DNA of 64,000 nucleotides from Vairimorpha necatrix (Eukaryota): NCBI GenBank assembly GCA_036630325.1, contig CP142737.1, positions 496,001 to 560,000 of the forward strand, read 5' to 3'. Shown piece by piece: positions 61,175 to 64,000 of this stretch (position 1 is its first letter; each line of letters starts with the position of its first letter). The notes under the pieces were generated by a model. It saw only the letters and a program-made list of their open reading frames with translations, ran no database searches and was not told where the DNA came from. The position numbers and the translations under genes were made by a program.

Positions 61175-63247
61175 CACCTCTTCTACACAGTACAGTTTCA
61201 TCTTGAACTTGATTTCCCGATCAACCGATTTTGAAATCGGTTTCAAACTTCTTTCTAATATATTCCCTCAATTTAAGCTTTATTTTTGAACTAGTGTCAT
61301 TTGACACACACGTTAAACATTTAATTAATCTATAATTGCTGTTACAAAGGACCTCGAACACAACAAAAAGATAAATTTCAAATGATAATTTAATGCCAGG
61401 TAAAAAGCTTTTTTTTGCCCTGCATTGTTGTCTCATAACCTATAAACGAATCTTTCCTTTCCCCTTTCCAATAATATTGTAAGCTTTGCAACAACATGAT
61501 CACAAGAACCACATCGTCTAATCAAATTAATAATTCCAGTCTCGTCATGTAGTCTTTACATGAGGCAAGACTGGAAAACAAAGGATGTCTAAAATTATAA
61601 AAGTTTCTTTTTGTCATTTTTGGGGCTTTTTTTAAAAAAAATAAAAATTATTAAATTTTTGCTTTTCTCCGTTTTGCTGCCCCCAAAAAAAATGGGGCAG
61701 CAAAACGGAGAAGCGCCGTTTCATCAATTTCAACAATACAACCGACGCCGCCAATCCTTTGATTGTTTATATATGTTGAAAAGCAGACGTACACGGCGTT
61801 ATTAAAACGCGTAAACCATCTTGATACCGTACATTTACCTATATCAAGTTCTAACGTGGCGGCCAAATTACTTGAACCCTTTATCCATTCGCAAAGCAAT
61901 ATTAAAAGATCCTCAATAGGCAATTTTGAGTTCTTAAAAACGTCTTGTTTCATTATGGTTCCTTTGTTAGAACATTTTTTACCATCACGTCTTGAATAAC
62001 AACGATAGTTTTTAGTGTTGGTCCGATTTTGAGTCATTGGTATATTGCATTTATTGCACATAAGGACCCTCAAAATGTTTTTTTGCAATTAAAAATTGCA
62101 TTAACTCATTTTTTTTATAGATGAGTTTTCTAAATTCTTTAATTCTCATTATGGGTCAAAAAATTTATTTTTTTATTTTTTTTTATTTTTTCCCTTTTTT
62201 CCCTTTTTTTTATTTTTCCCCCTTTTTTTATTTTTTTAGGGGTGGGGGGGGGGGGTAAGTCGAGAACTTAACCTAAAGATGGTATAAGACCTGTTGTAAA
62301 TCTTAGCAAAAATACTATCTTGAATTATATAAATTATCTGGATTCTCCGAGATTCAATTATAATAAGAAAGCTTTATTGTATTTCGCTTATTGCATAAGA
62401 AATGATATAATGTCATGATAATAAAATGGATATAATTGAAGAAAATGAAAATGATATGAGAAGAGAAGATAAGATTGAAGATGAAAATGTATTAAGAGGA
62501 AGGAAGAGAAGAAATTAAATCTAATAAAATATTAGGATTTAAAGTATCGAAAAGACTTTTAGACGACGCATACCTAGTTTTAAATGGAAAGTCGAAACTC
62601 AGAACCAATAAAGCTCATTTAAAGGCTGTTATTAGAGGTGAGGGGATGTCGTAGTTACTTACGCTTAAACCGAGCATTTATAATGCTTGGATATTTCTTT
62701 ATATTTTTATAATATTTTAACCCCATCTTATGGAAGAAGGAAGCCAAATAAACCGTTTCACTAACAATTATAAAGGTTAAAGTTATCTAGCTTAATAATA
62801 TTATTAGTTTTAGTTCTAATGCGTGAACATTTTTGTATTCTTGATACGTTTTTAGTACGAATATCAATTTTTTTTCTTTATAAGCTAAGTGATCCTAGTT
62901 TATTTTCTTTAAGTAAAAATCTTAAATTCAATTTTTTTTGATGAAAAAACTAATAGTATTTTTTGTATTCAATTGCAAAATTTAATATCTATATAGTTTT
63001 CTGCTAAACCTTACAATATATTAGTTCTATAAAAAGAGACTTTTTATCAATTCAAGGCATTTATTGTGATATTGTGTTATGATCAGAATCTGACGCAGTT
63101 ATAGATCTATTAAAGGGTCGGTTTATCAATATTCGATAATTTTTTTTCTGTAAAAAAAATTTATAGATATTTCACCATAAATTAGTTTCTGTTCCAAGGC
63201 CTTTTATAAGTTATATTTGAAGTTTATAATATTTCCATTAAATACTA

Positions 63248-64000
63248 CCGGGTTTTCCGGGTTAAGAGATCCACCAATATAAGAGACCATGGATCTCTTA
63301 TATGGGTGGATCTCTTATAAGGATATAAAACATTTGAAATTTCTTTTAATTTTTTTCTAAATTTACCCCCATGAAAAGAAAGCGTACACTCTAAAAGAAA
63401 AATTAGCAGGATTACAAAGATTGCGTGCAAACAATGGGAATTTAAGTATGACTGTTCTAGAGTTGGAGATTACTAGGAAAATGCTTCGTGATTGGAAAAA
63501 GGCCGAAGTTAAAATGTATGGCCAAAGCAACATTAAAAATACTTAAAGAATCCGTGCCGGTACTTCTGCCAAATGGCCTCCTCTTGAAAAAATGTTTGTG
63601 GATTGGGTGAAGGTAGAGTGAGGTGAAAAGAAGCGAATTATCTCAACTTATAATATTAGAGATAAGGCCTTTGAAATAGCAGAGAAGTTGTCCATTACAG
63701 ATTTTAAGGCAAGTATGAGTTGGTTGATGGGGTTCAAAAGAAGAAATCATTTTTCATTTAGAAAAATAACATCTTTTGGACAGGAAGACAACAGAAGGCC
63801 TCAGGAGATTAAAGAAACCGTGTTGAATTATTTTGAAGCTTTTAATCATAAATTTAACTGTATGGACAGCCAAACAGTGGTGTATAATATGGATGAAACT
63901 CCTGTTTACATTGATATGATGCAATCGCGGACATTATCATTACCGGCGAAAAAACACTGAGGCATATACAACTGGAAATCTTAAGACTAAAATTTCCGTC
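63248..64000 (+). mobile_element. pogo/Tigger-like Tc1-mariner element, 5' part, decayed
   Basis: CENP-B-type HTH FKASMSWLMGFKRR, YNMDETPVY; ATG 63371 preceded by CCCCC; TA upstream of the putative TIR. Confidence 0.8.

Larger units (their letters stand above)
58751..61717 (-). mobile_element. Merlin transposon inserted at the DET codons of its host Merlin
   Basis: TIR GG..CTTCTCCGTTTTGCTGCCC; TSD GTTTCATC. Confidence 0.9.
57891..62273 (-). mobile_element. Merlin transposon (32315 family) hosting a solo LTR and another Merlin
   Basis: TIR GGTTAAGTTCTCGACTTACCCCCC; TSD TAAAGATG. Confidence 0.92.
57203..62418 (+). pseudogene. Disrupted ORF of uncertain identity (first part possibly gag-like), split by the Merlin nest
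   Basis: Reading frame 57284-57890 has one stop and resumes after TSD TAAAGATG at 62274 (KDG-IRPVV...). Confidence 0.35.

Overview
This is eukaryotic, very AT-rich DNA, most likely from a microsporidian. The basis is a shortened LSU rRNA, CCC motifs just before start codons and abundant Merlin/IS1595-like transposons; the species cannot be called. The window holds the 3' ~1.7 kb of an LSU rRNA gene followed by ~62 kb of nested, mostly decayed transposable elements, with no confidently identified host protein gene. The left half is built on a head-to-tail, rRNA-sense array of one APE-RT LINE family (LINE-A) and its short derivatives. Inserted into or beside it are 6 Ty3/gypsy elements, 6 solo LTRs, ~13 Merlin transposons, a second APE-type or unassigned LINE, an RLE-type LINE, a Ginger-like element, a MULE and a pogo-like element. 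Two observations stand out. (1) Three tandem HDV/CPEB3-like ribozyme folds begin ~60 nt after the LSU 3' end, and two of them head ~500-nt non-coding elements that end in the LINE-A 3' UTR. (2) Five unrelated-LTR gypsy families have no tRNA primer-binding site. Each instead has a covarying 12-14 bp palindrome centred exactly 7 nt after the LTR, and gag starts inside the LTR. Coordinates were read by eye; ribozyme activity and priming mechanism are inferences.
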